DNA of 64,000 nucleotides, from contig CAWCRS010000003.1 in NCBI GenBank assembly GCA_963798085.1, positions 128,001 through 192,000 of the forward strand, written 5' to 3'. The DNA comes from an uncultured Gemmatimonadales bacterium (lineage in GTDB: Bacteria; Gemmatimonadota; Gemmatimonadetes; Longimicrobiales; RSA9). Below are positions 38,711-49,295 of this stretch, piece by piece. Position numbers and translations under genes: made by a program. The first letter of the stretch is position 1; the number at the start of each line of letters is the position of its first letter. The notes below the pieces were generated by a model. It saw only the letters and a list, made by a program, of their open reading frames with translations, had not been told where the DNA came from and made no database searches.

Positions 38711-40225
38711 ATGCGCCTGCGCACACGACTGCTGCTGCCGTTGCTCGCTGCGGTCGCCATCGTCATGACCGTTTTCGCGACCTGGGCGGTGGGCCAGCGT
38801 GAGACCACGCTGACGGAGCAGTCATCGCGTGAGGTGAACGCGTACGCCATTGCGCTGGGACTGGCGATCGAGCCTGCGTTCCGCGGGCCCACGCCGGGTG
38901 ATGTGCAGGCCATCATCGATGCCATCAGCCGCGAGCGCACGATCTACGGTGTGCTGGTCTATGGCGACGACGGGCACATGATGTTCGCGTCGGATCCGCT
39001 GGGATCGAGCGCGGCGGCGCCTGTGGCTGCAGTGGCGCGCGTGCTCGCGGCCAATGCGCCGTCCACCATCGAGCGCACCATTGACGACGAGCCGGTGCAC
39101 TCCGTGCTGCGTCCGATTCACGATGCACGGCAGCGCGTGGTGGGCGCATTCGAGGTGGCGCAGCCGCGTTCCTTCCTGACCGACCAGATCCGGCAGACGC
39201 GACAACGTTTCATCCTCAACACGCTGACGCTGCTGGCGGCGGTCACCATCCTGATTCTCTGGCTGGTGCAGCAACTGGTGTCGCAACCGCTGGGTCATTT
39301 CGGCATGGCGGCGCAGGCGCTCGGGCGAGGTGAGCTGGCGCACCGTATCAGCGAGCAGGGCGGCCAGGAGCTGGAGGGCCTGGCGCGCGAATTCAATCGC
39401 ATGGCCGGCCATCTGGAGACCGCGCGAACGGACCTCGTGCGTCAGGCGGAACAGCGTGTTTCGCTCGAACGGCGGCTGCGCGAAACCGAAAAGCTCGCGG
39501 CGCTGGGCAACATGGCCGCCGGGCTGGCGCACGAAATCGCGGCGCCGCTGCACGTGATTCGCGGGCGAACGGAACTGCTGCTGCGCAAGATACCGGAGAA
39601 CGCGTTGGAGGAGCGCAATCTGCGCATCATCGTGGAGCAGATCGGGCGCATCACCGTGATCATGCGCAACCTGCTCGACTTCGCGCGCCGCCGCGAGCCA
39701 CGCCTGATCGCCACTGATCTGGGCGCCGTGTTAGCCGGTGTACTGGAGTTTCTGGACTGGGAAATGGGCCGCGCGCGCGTGACCGTCACGTGGGAGGGCC
39801 CGCGCGAGCTGCCCGTGCGCGCGGACGCCGACCTGATGCACCAGGTTTTCATCAATCTGTTCATCAACGCGGTGCAGGCACTCGAGCCGTTGCAGGGGGA
39901 GGGTCGCATCGGCGTGCGCACTCGCCTGGAGACCGGGGACACGGCCGGTGACGGGCTGGAGCAGGTGGTGGTGGAAGTGGAGGACAACGGGCCGGGCATT
40001 CCGCTCGAGATCCGCGAGCATTCGTTCGAACCCTTCATTACCACGAAGACGCAAGGCGGCACCGGCCTCGGACTGGCTGTGGCGCGCAGCATTGTCGAGG
40101 AGCACGGCGGCCGGCTCGAGCTGGATTCGTCGCCGGCCCGGAGCGCCGGGGACGACGCGCGCCCGGGCGCGCTGTTCCGGTTGCTGCTGCCCGTGTCGGG
40201 ACAGGAGGCCGCGCTGCATGGCTGA
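38711..40225 (+). CDS. HAMP sensor histidine kinase (NtrB/ZraS-like); start 38687 or 38711
   Basis: Two TM segments, [29 protein letters not shown]. Confidence 0.93.
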   Translation: MRLRTRLLLPLLAAVAIVMTVFATWAVGQRETTLTEQSSREVNAYAIALGLAIEPAFRGPTPGDVQAIIDAISRERTIYGVLVYGDDGHMMFASDPLGSSAAAPVAAVARVLAANAPSTIERTIDDEPVHSVLRPIHDARQRVVGAFEVAQPRSFLTDQIRQTRQRFILNTLTLLAAVTILILWLVQQLVSQPLGHFGMAAQALGRGELAHRISEQGGQELEGLAREFNRMAGHLETARTDLVRQAEQRVSLERRLRETEKLAALGNMAAGLAHEIAAPLHVIRGRTELLLRKIPENALEERNLRIIVEQIGRITVIMRNLLDFARRREPRLIATDLGAVLAGVLEFLDWEMGRARVTVTWEGPRELPVRADADLMHQVFINLFINAVQALEPLQGEGRIGVRTRLETGDTAGDGLEQVVVEVEDNGPGIPLEIREHSFEPFITTKTQGGTGLGLAVARSIVEEHGGRLELDSSPARSAGDDARPGALFRLLLPVSGQEAALHG

Positions 40226-41540
40226 GCAGGTGCTGCTGGTCGAAGACAATCGCGAGCTGCGCGCGTTCCTCACCGAAGTGCTGGAGGATGCAGGCCACGC
40301 GGTATCGGCATTCCCCAGCGGCGAGCTGGCGCTCGATCACGTGCTGCGCGGCGGCGCGTGCGATGTCGTGGTCACCGATCTGATGATGCCGGGCATGCGC
40401 GGCTCGGAGCTGCTGACGCGCGTACGCGAAAAGCGACCCGAGATCAACGTCATCGCCATCACCGCGTTCGGCTCCATCGAGTCTGCCATCGAGCTGGTGA
40501 AGCAGGGCGCGTTCGACTACCTGACAAAGCCTTTCGGTACGGAGGATTTCCTGCTGGCGGTTACGCGGGCGCTGGAGGAGAGCCGCTGGCGTCGCGAAGC
40601 GGCACTGCTGGCGAGGGACATGGAGCCGCCCCTGCCCGGCTTCGTGGGCGCGAGTCTGCCCATGCAGGAAGTCTTCGCGCTGATCCGCCGCATCGGGCCA
40701 TCGACACGCGCGGCGCTGCTCACGGGCGAGAGCGGCACCGGCAAGGAACTGGTCGCGCGCGCGCTGCACGCGATTTCGCAGCGACGCGAATTCATCGCTG
40801 TCAATTGCTCCGCGCTCCCCGAACAGCTGCTCGAGTCCGAGCTGTTCGGCCACGATCGCGGCGCCTTCACGGGTGCGGAGCGCTCCAGCATGGGGTTGTT
40901 CGAGGCGGCGCACGGCGGCACGCTCTTCCTCGACGAAATCGGCGAGTTGCCCGCCGCGCTGCAGCCCAAGCTGCTGCGCGCGCTGGAGAGCGGCGAGATC
41001 AGGCGAGTGGGCGCCACGACGGCGCAACGCGTGGACGCACGCGTCGTCGCCGCATCCAACCGCGACCTCGATGCCGAAGTCGCGGCCGGCCGCTTCCGCG
41101 AGGACCTCTTCTGGCGCCTCAACGTGCTGCACATCCACCTGCCGCCGCTGCGCGACCGGCCCGCGGACATTCCGCCGCTGGCCGAGCATTTCGCCGGCGA
41201 CAGGCCCATTGCCGGCGATGCAATGGCGCTGCTCACGGCGTACCCGTGGCCCGGCAATGTGCGCGAGCTGCGCAACGCCATCGATCGCGCACTCACATTG
41301 TCCACCGGCGACACGGTGCGCCCGGACGACCTGCCGCCGCGCATCCTGCGCGCGGGCCGCGCCACCACCATCGTCTCCGATGCATCACGCCGTCAGGTCT
41401 CGCTGCGCGATCTGGAACGCGAGTACATCCTCGAGATCCTGCGCCAGGTTGGCGGCAACAAGACACGCGCGGCGGAGATCCTCGGCCTGGATCGCAAGAC
41501 GCTCTACCGCAAACTCGACGAGTACGGCACGGGCGGGTGA
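40218..41540 (+). CDS. Sigma54-dependent response regulator (NtrC family)
   Basis: Receiver domain, [29 protein letters not shown], Fis-type HTH. Confidence 0.96.
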   Translation: MAEQVLLVEDNRELRAFLTEVLEDAGHAVSAFPSGELALDHVLRGGACDVVVTDLMMPGMRGSELLTRVREKRPEINVIAITAFGSIESAIELVKQGAFDYLTKPFGTEDFLLAVTRALEESRWRREAALLARDMEPPLPGFVGASLPMQEVFALIRRIGPSTRAALLTGESGTGKELVARALHAISQRREFIAVNCSALPEQLLESELFGHDRGAFTGAERSSMGLFEAAHGGTLFLDEIGELPAALQPKLLRALESGEIRRVGATTAQRVDARVVAASNRDLDAEVAAGRFREDLFWRLNVLHIHLPPLRDRPADIPPLAEHFAGDRPIAGDAMALLTAYPWPGNVRELRNAIDRALTLSTGDTVRPDDLPPRILRAGRATTIVSDASRRQVSLRDLEREYILEILRQVGGNKTRAAEILGLDRKTLYRKLDEYGTGG

Positions 41541-41762
41541 GCGCCGGGCAACCGCCGTGGTTTCCAGCCTCGGCGCCGGCGCGAAATGCCACACCCCTCC
41601 CCGAGTCCCCTCCATCCCATGGCGTCCCGGGGCGTGGTGCGCGGCTGAGCCGAAGATGACGCCGGTGGTGGCCGCGGTGAACTGTGGCGGTGCGCCGCAC
41701 CCCGGGGCGTTGTGTCGTCGCATTAAGTACCTGTAAACAAACAACTTGAGAAACGCACTTCG

Positions 41763-41778
41763 TGGCCTCAGGCTTGCC
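41763..41778 (+). promoter_or_regulatory. Sigma54 -24/-12 promoter
   Basis: TGGCCTCAGGCTTGC with GG 41764-41765, N10, GC 41776-41777; AT-rich tract at 41723-41750 upstream. Confidence 0.7.
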
Positions 41779-41824
41779 ATGGCAGAGATCACGCGGGCGC
41801 AGGCAAGGTGAGGAGGCAAGTCGG

Positions 41825-42275
41825 TTGAGCGAGCAGGCCGGACTGATTGTGGGTGTGGATTTCTCGGCGGGATCAGCGGCGGCGCTCGAGCACGCGCGCC
41901 GGCTCGCGGAGCAGTTCCAGTGTCCGCTCGAGATCGTGCATGTAGTGGAAGGCCGGCAGGACTGGCGGGCGGCGCCCGGTGCGGAGGGGATGGCTGGAGC
42001 AGGCGGGCGTGACTGCGGGTGAGGTGCTGCTGCGAACGGGCGTGCCCTGGTTCGAGCTGTCGCGCTACGTCGAGGACGTTGGCGCGATGATGCTGGTGGT
42101 CGGCAGTCACGGCAGATCCGGCTACCACCCGCTCGCGCTCGGATCCACCGCACTGCGGCTGGGCATCATGTGTCGCACGCCGGTGCTCATGGTGCGCGCT
42201 GCGACAGCGGGCCGCGAATGGCGTCATGGCGGCGATGGCGAGCGTGCGAAAAGTCCGGCGCGTCGCGCGGAGTGA
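41825..42275 (+). CDS. Universal stress protein (USP); apparent frameshift at ~41988
   Basis: IVGVDFS..S..AL..A, LVVGSHGRSG...LGSTA, PVLMV; GAGGAGG SD before TTG. Confidence 0.85.
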
Positions 42276-42320
42276 CGATCCTGAGATCAGACGATTCAAT
42301 CCCGACAGGAGGAAGAGAGC

Positions 42321-42887
42321 ATGAAGCAGCGTGTACGGAGTGTGGCCCTGCTGTCCCTCGCGGCAGCCGCAGGTCTGGTGAGCGCGTCTTGCGGCAAGAA
42401 GCGGCCGCCCGAGTCACCGGCGCCGCAGCAGCAGACGCAGTCCCGGACGCAGGTGCGCAACGACGATGCGCCGCGCGCGGACGCGGGCACTGACGACAGT
42501 GCGGCGAGGGAAGAAGCGATGCGGCGCAACCGCGCCGTCCTCGAGCAGCGCATCCTCTTCGCGTACGATGATGCCAGTCTGAGTGAGTCGGCACAGGCCG
42601 CGTTGCGCGCCAAGCTGGCGGTGCTGCGGGCCGATCCGTCGATCCGTTTGCGCATTGAAGGGCATGCGGACGAGCGCGGCTCGAACGAGTACAACCTTGC
42701 TCTGGGTTTGCGGCGCGCACGCGCGGCGGTGGAGTATCTCGCGGGTTTCGGCATTGATGCGCAGCGCATCACGGTGCAGACATTCGGCGAGGATCGTCCT
42801 GCCGCAATGGGTCACGACGAGTCGTCCTGGTCGCAGAACCGGCGCGACGAGTTCGTGGTGACAGCGCCCATGCCGCCGTCCGACTGA
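42321..42887 (+). CDS. pal: Pal/OmpA-family peptidoglycan-associated lipoprotein
   Basis: Lipoprotein signal ..SASC, IEGHADERGSNEYNLALG.RRA, FGEDRP, QNRR. Confidence 0.88.
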   Translation: MKQRVRSVALLSLAAAAGLVSASCGKKRPPESPAPQQQTQSRTQVRNDDAPRADAGTDDSAAREEAMRRNRAVLEQRILFAYDDASLSESAQAALRAKLAVLRADPSIRLRIEGHADERGSNEYNLALGLRRARAAVEYLAGFGIDAQRITVQTFGEDRPAAMGHDESSWSQNRRDEFVVTAPMPPSD

Positions 42888-42906
42888 CAACCTTTCCAGG
42901 ATTGAC

Positions 42907-45012
42907 ATGACCGCGGGCCTGCTGCTGCTGATGGGCGTTCTGGCGGGTGGATCGTCTCCACCCGCCTCGCCGTTGTCACGCCATGGGACGCGGGCAACGG
43001 CGGTGGTGGGGACGCACGAGAGGGCCGCGCGGTCCGGGCTGGCAGCGGCGGATATGGCTGCGCTGCTGGAGCGCGCCAGCGGCGGCTGGTCGGCGGAAGG
43101 GTTGCGGATTCTGCGGGCCGGGCTGGCCGCGCGCGTGAAGGACCCCGTCGCCGCGGCGAAGTCGTTCGAGCGCGCGGCGCAGCTGCTGCCCGGGATGGCG
43201 GACTGGGCGCTGCTGCTGGCGGCGGATGCGCGCGCTTCGAGCGGGGACACGGCGGGTGTGCGACGTCTCCTCTCCGCGTCCGAGCCGGAGCTTGCGCGTC
43301 GCTGGGGCTGGCACTCGCGTGTAACTGCGGCGCGCATTGCCGGCGACATGGCGGGCGCTGCGCGCGCGGCCGAGGCCGCGCTGCGTGAGGCCGACGTCGG
43401 CCAGCGTGTCGAGATCGCACGCCTGCTTGCCGGGATCCGTCTGGCGACAGGCGACAGCGCGGGCGCACGCGCAGTGCTGCGCGCGGCCATCGCGGGAGCG
43501 CCGCTGTCCACCGGCGCGCTCGATGCCGCGCGGGTGCTGGTCACACTGCACCCGCTGCCGCAGGACCAGCTGCAGATCGGCCGGCTCTACTTCCGTCACG
43601 GCAACGCCGAGCGCGGCCAGGCCGGCATCGATGCCTACCTGCGCGCTAACAGCGTGTCAGAGGGCGAGCGCGCCCTGCTGCAGCTGGAAGCGGCGCGCGG
43701 CTACTCCGCATCGCCGCAGTGGCGGCTGGCCGAGCCTCGCCTGCGCGCGCTGGCCGCGGATACCGCACAGCCGGGGGTGGCCGCGGATGCGCTGGTGCTC
43801 CTGGGCCGCGTGCAGATCCGACTCGGCCGCATCGATGCTGCGGTGACAACACTGCGCGAAGCCCTCGACCGTTCGCCGGCCAGCGCGCGCGCCGAGGCGC
43901 TCTTCGCGCTGGCAGATCTGCAGCAGGACCGCGGTTCCGCGGACGAGGCCGGCATGCTCTATCGCGCATTGCTGGCGGATCATGCGGGAACGGAGCAGGC
44001 GGCCGAAGCAGCCATGCGCCTGGGCGGGCTCGACTACGTGGCCGGGCGCTACGCTGCGGCCGCGCAGATCTTCGACCAGTACCAGTCCGCGCACACGGGC
44101 GGACTGCGCTTCCAGCAGGCCGGCTACTGGGCCGGGCAGGCCTGGCTGGCCGCCGGCGACAGTGCCACGGCCGCGGTGCGGCTGGCGCAGGTGCAGCGCG
44201 CCGATCCCGCGTCGTTCTACGGACTGCGCGCGGGCGAAACGCTGGGCATGCCGCTGCGCGCCGTCCTCTCGGAATCGCCGGCCACGGACACGCTGGACGC
44301 GCGCCGCGCGCGTGGTGGCGCCGCGCGAGTGATCCTGCTGACGCAGTCCGGTCTGGGCGCCGAGGCGGCGCTGGAGACGGATCGCGTGATCGCGTTCTTC
44401 GCGCCATCGCGTGCCGGCGGCTACTCACTGGCCGAAGGTCTGGTTGCGGGCGGCCGCATCACGGAGGGCATCCGCCTTGGCCGCCAGCTGCAGCGCGCCG
44501 AAGGCAGCTGGAACGAGCGCCTGCTCCGCATCGTGTATCCCATGCCGTACCGCGACGAGATCATGGCTTCCTCGCGGCGCAACGGCGTGGACCCGTTCCT
44601 GGTCGCCGGACTCATCCGCCAGGAGTCGATGTTCGAGCCGGCCGCGCGCAGTCACGCCGGTGCCGTGGGCCTCATGCAGCTGCGACCGCTGACGGCCCGG
44701 GACCTGGCGCGCACCGACGGTCTCAAGCGCTTCACCGCGAGCATGCTGAAGGACCCGTCCGTGAACATTCGCCTGGGCACGCGCTTCGTCGCCGACCTGC
44801 TGCGCCGACACGAAGGCAGCCTGCCCTACGCCCTTGCCGCCTACAACGCGGGCCCCGGCCGCGTCACGCGCTGGCGCCGGCAGCCCGAGTCGATCGACGC
44901 CGAGATCTTCACGGAGCGCATCCCGTTTGCGGAGACGCGTGACTACGTGCGCACCGTGCAGCAGAACACGCGCATTTACGCAGCGCTGTATCCGGAGGGT
45001 GCGGGCAGGTAA
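42907..45012 (+). CDS. Soluble lytic transglycosylase with TPR-like repeats
   Basis: IRQES, GLMQL, AAYNAG, IPFAETRDYV. Confidence 0.92.
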   Translation: MTAGLLLLMGVLAGGSSPPASPLSRHGTRATAVVGTHERAARSGLAAADMAALLERASGGWSAEGLRILRAGLAARVKDPVAAAKSFERAAQLLPGMADWALLLAADARASSGDTAGVRRLLSASEPELARRWGWHSRVTAARIAGDMAGAARAAEAALREADVGQRVEIARLLAGIRLATGDSAGARAVLRAAIAGAPLSTGALDAARVLVTLHPLPQDQLQIGRLYFRHGNAERGQAGIDAYLRANSVSEGERALLQLEAARGYSASPQWRLAEPRLRALAADTAQPGVAADALVLLGRVQIRLGRIDAAVTTLREALDRSPASARAEALFALADLQQDRGSADEAGMLYRALLADHAGTEQAAEAAMRLGGLDYVAGRYAAAAQIFDQYQSAHTGGLRFQQAGYWAGQAWLAAGDSATAAVRLAQVQRADPASFYGLRAGETLGMPLRAVLSESPATDTLDARRARGGAARVILLTQSGLGAEAALETDRVIAFFAPSRAGGYSLAEGLVAGGRITEGIRLGRQLQRAEGSWNERLLRIVYPMPYRDEIMASSRRNGVDPFLVAGLIRQESMFEPAARSHAGAVGLMQLRPLTARDLARTDGLKRFTASMLKDPSVNIRLGTRFVADLLRRHEGSLPYALAAYNAGPGRVTRWRRQPESIDAEIFTERIPFAETRDYVRTVQQNTRIYAALYPEGAGR

Positions 45013-45031
45013 GTCGTTCGGATTTCCCGAC

Positions 45032-45065
45032 GGCGGTTGTCAACCAACCGCCTCCTTTCTACGAT
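45032..45065 (+). promoter_or_regulatory. Sigma70 promoter TTGTCA-N17-TACGAT (leaderless start) overlapped by an 8-bp inverted repeat
   Basis: -35 45037-45042, -10 45060-45065, ATG at 45071, no SD; GGCGGTTG 45032-45039 / CAACCGCC 45045-45052. Confidence 0.65.
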
Positions 45066-45070
45066 TCGGC

Positions 45071-45484
45071 ATGAATCGGACGCTCGCGTCGCGGTCGGTC
45101 GCGCTGCTGCTTTCGGCGCTGTTCGCGGTTTCCACCGCGGAGCTGCCAGGGCTCCACGCCTGTCCGATGCACTCGGCTCTGGCGCTCGGGCACGGGCCTG
45201 CCGCGCATGATGGCGCTGCGCCCATGGCCGGGCACATGGGCGATGCCGCAATGGCATCGCATGGTCACGAGCAGCATCAGCCGGGTTCTTCGCACCCGTG
45301 CACCTGCCTGGGCATGTGCTGCGCGGCGCAGGTCGTCGCGCTCGGCTCCGCTCGCATCCGGTGTGGTGCTGAGCCGGAGCCGGAGCAGTGGCTGACGCCG
45401 CCGCCCGCCGACCCGGGCATTCTTCCGCCCGCAGCCACACCCTACCTCCTGCCGTTTCCCAACGGACCTCCACTCACGGCGTAA
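45071..45484 (+). CDS. His/Met/Cys-rich DUF2946-like protein ending in NGPP
   Basis: Signal-like N-term, CPMH, His/Met tract, CTCLGMCC, C-terminal LLPFPNGPPLTA. Confidence 0.7.
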   Translation: MNRTLASRSVALLLSALFAVSTAELPGLHACPMHSALALGHGPAAHDGAAPMAGHMGDAAMASHGHEQHQPGSSHPCTCLGMCCAAQVVALGSARIRCGAEPEPEQWLTPPPADPGILPPAATPYLLPFPNGPPLTA

Positions 45485-45789
45485 CCGCGTCTCCGCGCCG
45501 GCTCGCGTGTCGCACTGACGGGCTGACACCGGCGGAGGCACGATCCCGATCGACAAGCAAAGTCTCGCCCTCAGCACCCGCGTGGCGCGGGCTGCGGCGA
45601 GGCCGTGGCCGTCGGGAGGCGATCCCGGACTGCGTCATGCGCGCAGGCGGGAAGCCGGTCTGACGTCCTGTTAGCGACTGACCGGGGACCCGGCGCAGCA
45701 GCCACCACCGAAAGCGTGGGCTGCGGCCCGGCGTCACGCATGGGAGCGTGTAGCGGCGCTATCGCCGCGACCACCATCAGGAGGATGGG

Positions 45790-46932
45790 GTGTCAACCGC
45801 AATCGCATACATCGACGAATCCGTTTCCGCCGTGAGCAGCCGGCGGATGAAAAGCAGCGACCGCTGGCTGGTGGGGCCGTTCTACGACCTTGCCTTCATC
45901 ATCTTCTCGTCGTCGCTGCTGTTCTTCCCGCACGTGAGTCACGCGCTGGTGAAGAGCAACATCGTCGTCGACCTGCTGGTCACCATGGTCATCGGCGGAC
46001 CGCATCTCTTCGCCACCTACACGATGACGCTGATGGAGCCGGACTTCCGCAGGCGTTACCCGATCTACTCGAAGGGAGCGTTCCTGCTGCCGGTGCTCAT
46101 CGTGTCGCTGGCCGTCTGGAATCTCACGGTGCTCGTGACCGTGTTCTTCTTCTGGGCGTCCGTGCACGTGATCCATCAGGCGGCGTTCATCGCGGACGCG
46201 TATCGCATGAAGGACCCGCGCGGCTGGACGTGGGCGGGCCGCGCCATCGACTACGGTCTCATTTTCACCTGCCTCTACCCGATCGCGACGCAGAAGCTGA
46301 TCCACAGCCAGTTCGTCACGGGTGGCCGGACGCTGTTGTTTCCCGATGCCCTGAAGTTCTCGTTTGTGCCGTGGCTGGTGTGGGGTGTGTTTCTGTTCTT
46401 TCTGTTCGCGTTCGTGATAAAGACCGGCTGGGAGATCCGCACCCACCGTTTCCATGGGCCGAAAACGCTGCATATGGCGGTGGCCACCGCGCTGTTCTTC
46501 TACACGCCGTCGCTGCGCAATCTGGATGTCGCGTTCCAGGGCCTGAATGTGTGGCATTCGTTCCAGTATCTCGCGGTGGTGCTTTACCTGAACCGGCTGC
46601 GCCAGCAGAAGGGCCTGATCGGGTCGCACGCGGTGCGCAGCGTGTCGCGTCGAGGCTGGAAACTGTACGCGATGTGTCTGGCCTTCACGGTGGGCGCGGG
46701 CGTCGTGTTCCTCGGTGTGCTCGGCCTTGTCGTGCACCTGGGCGTGTTCCAGACCGGCGCACCCATGCACAACTTCCTCTACGGCACCGTCGCCAGTGAC
46801 CAGCACTACTTCGCTTTCTACAGCGTGATCCTGAGCTTCCTGCTCATCCATTACTACTTCGATCACTTCATTTTCCTGGGCCGCGACAAGCAGATCACGC
46901 CCACATTCGAGCCGCTGGCAGGCGCCGCATGA
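45790..46932 (+). CDS. Hypothetical multi-TM protein with His motifs
   Basis: AGGAGG SD; GGPHLFAT, HVIHQ, WHSFQY, HYYFDH. Confidence 0.75.
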   Translation: MSTAIAYIDESVSAVSSRRMKSSDRWLVGPFYDLAFIIFSSSLLFFPHVSHALVKSNIVVDLLVTMVIGGPHLFATYTMTLMEPDFRRRYPIYSKGAFLLPVLIVSLAVWNLTVLVTVFFFWASVHVIHQAAFIADAYRMKDPRGWTWAGRAIDYGLIFTCLYPIATQKLIHSQFVTGGRTLLFPDALKFSFVPWLVWGVFLFFLFAFVIKTGWEIRTHRFHGPKTLHMAVATALFFYTPSLRNLDVAFQGLNVWHSFQYLAVVLYLNRLRQQKGLIGSHAVRSVSRRGWKLYAMCLAFTVGAGVVFLGVLGLVVHLGVFQTGAPMHNFLYGTVASDQHYFAFYSVILSFLLIHYYFDHFIFLGRDKQITPTFEPLAGAA

Positions 46933-47119
46933 GCAACGCAGCCGGAGTTCTGTCTCGATCCTGGCGCTCGTCGGCCCGTTGCCCGCGGCGGCCGCAACGC
47001 GGGCGTCCTGACGCGGACACGAGGCGGGCACGTCGCCCCGCATCCCCGCCGTTTTGTTGCCGCTGCAGCGGCGGTGGCGCATCTTCCGGCTCCGCTCGCA
47101 CATCACAGGGAGGTCACAC

Positions 47120-48845
47120 TTGACGCCGAAACGCATGATTCAGGCGACGATTCCGTTCATTGTTCTCGTCGCTGCCTGTCAGTCCGGTGGTGATCAGGCC
47201 GATAGCGCCGGCGCCATGGCCGGCAATGACGCCGCCATCAAGCCCGCGCTGGAGAGCATCACGTCGCAGGACATTCTCAAGCACATCCAGCGGCTGGCAT
47301 CGGACGGCTTCGAGGGCCGCGCGCCGGGCACGCGGGGCGAGGATTCCGCGGTGAACTACATCAGCTCGGAGTTCAAGCGCCTGGGGCTGAAGCCGGGCAA
47401 TCCGGATGGCACGTACATCCAGCCGGTGCCGCTCGTCGGCTTCACGGCGAAGGTGACGGCCAGCATGAATGTGAAGGGCAAGGCCATGCCATTCGCGGGA
47501 CCGGCGGACTTCGTCGCGGACACGCGGCGCGTCGTGCCCGCGGTCGACATCGACAATTCGGACGTCGTGTTCGTCGGTTACGGTGTGGATGCGCCCGAAT
47601 ACAAGTGGGACGACTACAAGGGCATGGACATGACCGGCAAGACGCTGCTGATGCTGGTCAATGATCCGCAGATCCCGGACCCGGCGGACGCGTCGAAGCT
47701 GGACACGGCGATGTTCAAGGGAAAGGCAATGACGTACTACGGGCGCTGGACCTACAAGTTCGAGGAAGCCGGCGCGAAGAAGGCCGCGGCCGTGCTGGTG
47801 ATCCACGAGACGGGACCCGCCGGGTATCCGTGGGACGTGCCGGCCAACGGCTGGGGCACGGAAGCGTTCGACATCAAGCCCGCGAATGGCAACATGGATC
47901 ATGTCGCAGTGCAGGGTTGGGTACGCGACGAATTCGTGAAGAAGCTCTTCGCCGCGTCGGGCCAGGATTTCGCGAAGCTGAAGCAGGCCGGCTCTGAGCC
48001 GTGACTTCAAGCCGGTCGCGCTGCCCGCGAAGGCGAGCTTCCACATCCGCAATGCGCTGCGCGAGGTGCAGTCACGCAATGTGATCGCGAAGCTGGAGGG
48101 GTCGGACCCGCAGCTGAAGGACCAGTACATGGTCTACACCGCGCATTGGGACCACCTCGGCCGCGACACCACGAAGAAGGGCGACCAGATCTTCAATGGC
48201 GCACTGGACAATGCGTCGGGCTCGGCTGCGCTGCTGGAGCTGGCCGAGGCCTTCACGAAGCTGAGCCCCGCGCCTCGCCGGTCGATCCTGTTTCTTTCGG
48301 TGACGGCGGAGGAGAAGGGACTGCTGGGCGCGAAGTACTACGCCGAGAATCCACTCTATCCGCTGGCAAAGACCGCGGCCGACATCAACATGGACGGCGT
48401 GAACCAGTGGGGCCGCACCAAGGACATCGTGGTGGTCGGGCTGGGCAATTCCTCGCTCGATGATGCGCTGCAGGCAGCGGCCGGCGTGCAGGAGCGCGTG
48501 CTCGCGCCCGATCCGGAATCGGAGAAGGGCTTCTTCTATCGCAGCGACCATTTCGAGTTCGCCAAGCAGGGCGTGCCCGCGCTCTACACGGACGCGGGTG
48601 TCGACTTTATCGGCAAACCCGCCGGCTGGGGCCAGCAGAAGCGTGACGAGTACACCGCCAACGACTACCACAAGGTCTCCGACGAGATCAAGCCCGACTG
48701 GGACCTCTCCGGCGCCGTCGAGGATCTCCAGCTGCTCTTCCTGGTCGGCCGCGCCGTGGCTCAAGGCGATAATATGCCGGTCTGGAAACCGGGAACGGAG
48801 TTCAAGGCGAAGCGGGATGCCATGATGGGGAAGACGGGTAGCTGA
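47120..48845 (+). CDS. M28 family peptidase with PA domain (lipoprotein); frameshift at ~47990
   Basis: [48 protein letters not shown]. Confidence 0.92.
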
Positions 48846-48860
48846 ACGGAATTCTGTCGC

Positions 48861-49285
48861 GGCGTTTCTGGGGCTCGGGCTGGGCTAACGGATTGAACGG
48901 CGTTGCTGGGGCTGGTTGCTCCGGAACGGATTGAACGGCGTTGCTGGGGCTGGTTGCTGGCGCTGGTTGCTCGGGAACGGCGTACGGATTCAACGGCCTC
49001 TGGTGGGATGGCAGGAACGGCGAGCTCGGGTCGCCGTTCCCTGCCCTGCTAACGTGCCGTTATGACGACTCGGATGTCCCAGTTCCATGCAGTTGTCCGG
49101 CAACCAGCCCGGAAAACGGCTTTCGTCCGTGCAGTTCCCCAGCAACCAGCCCGAGCAACCAGCGCCAGCAACGCAGTCGTTTCCGTGCTGTTCCCGAGCA
49201 ACCAGCCGCAGCCCGAGCCCCAGAAACGCCATTGATCCGTTAATCCCAGCCCGAGCCCGAGCCCGAGCCCAAGGTCCAGAAACGC
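48861..49285. repeat. Large composite inverted array of the modular repeat
   Basis: Left arm 48861-48980 with tandem AACGGATTGAACGGCGTTGCTGGGGCTGGTTGCT; right arm ~49098-49285; central hairpin 49010-49045. Confidence 0.88.
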
Positions 49286-49295
49286 GGTTCCAACC

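Noticed and set aside
48861..49285. CRISPR array
   Set aside because: Units vary in length, occur in both orientations, lack constant-length spacers, and no cas genes are present
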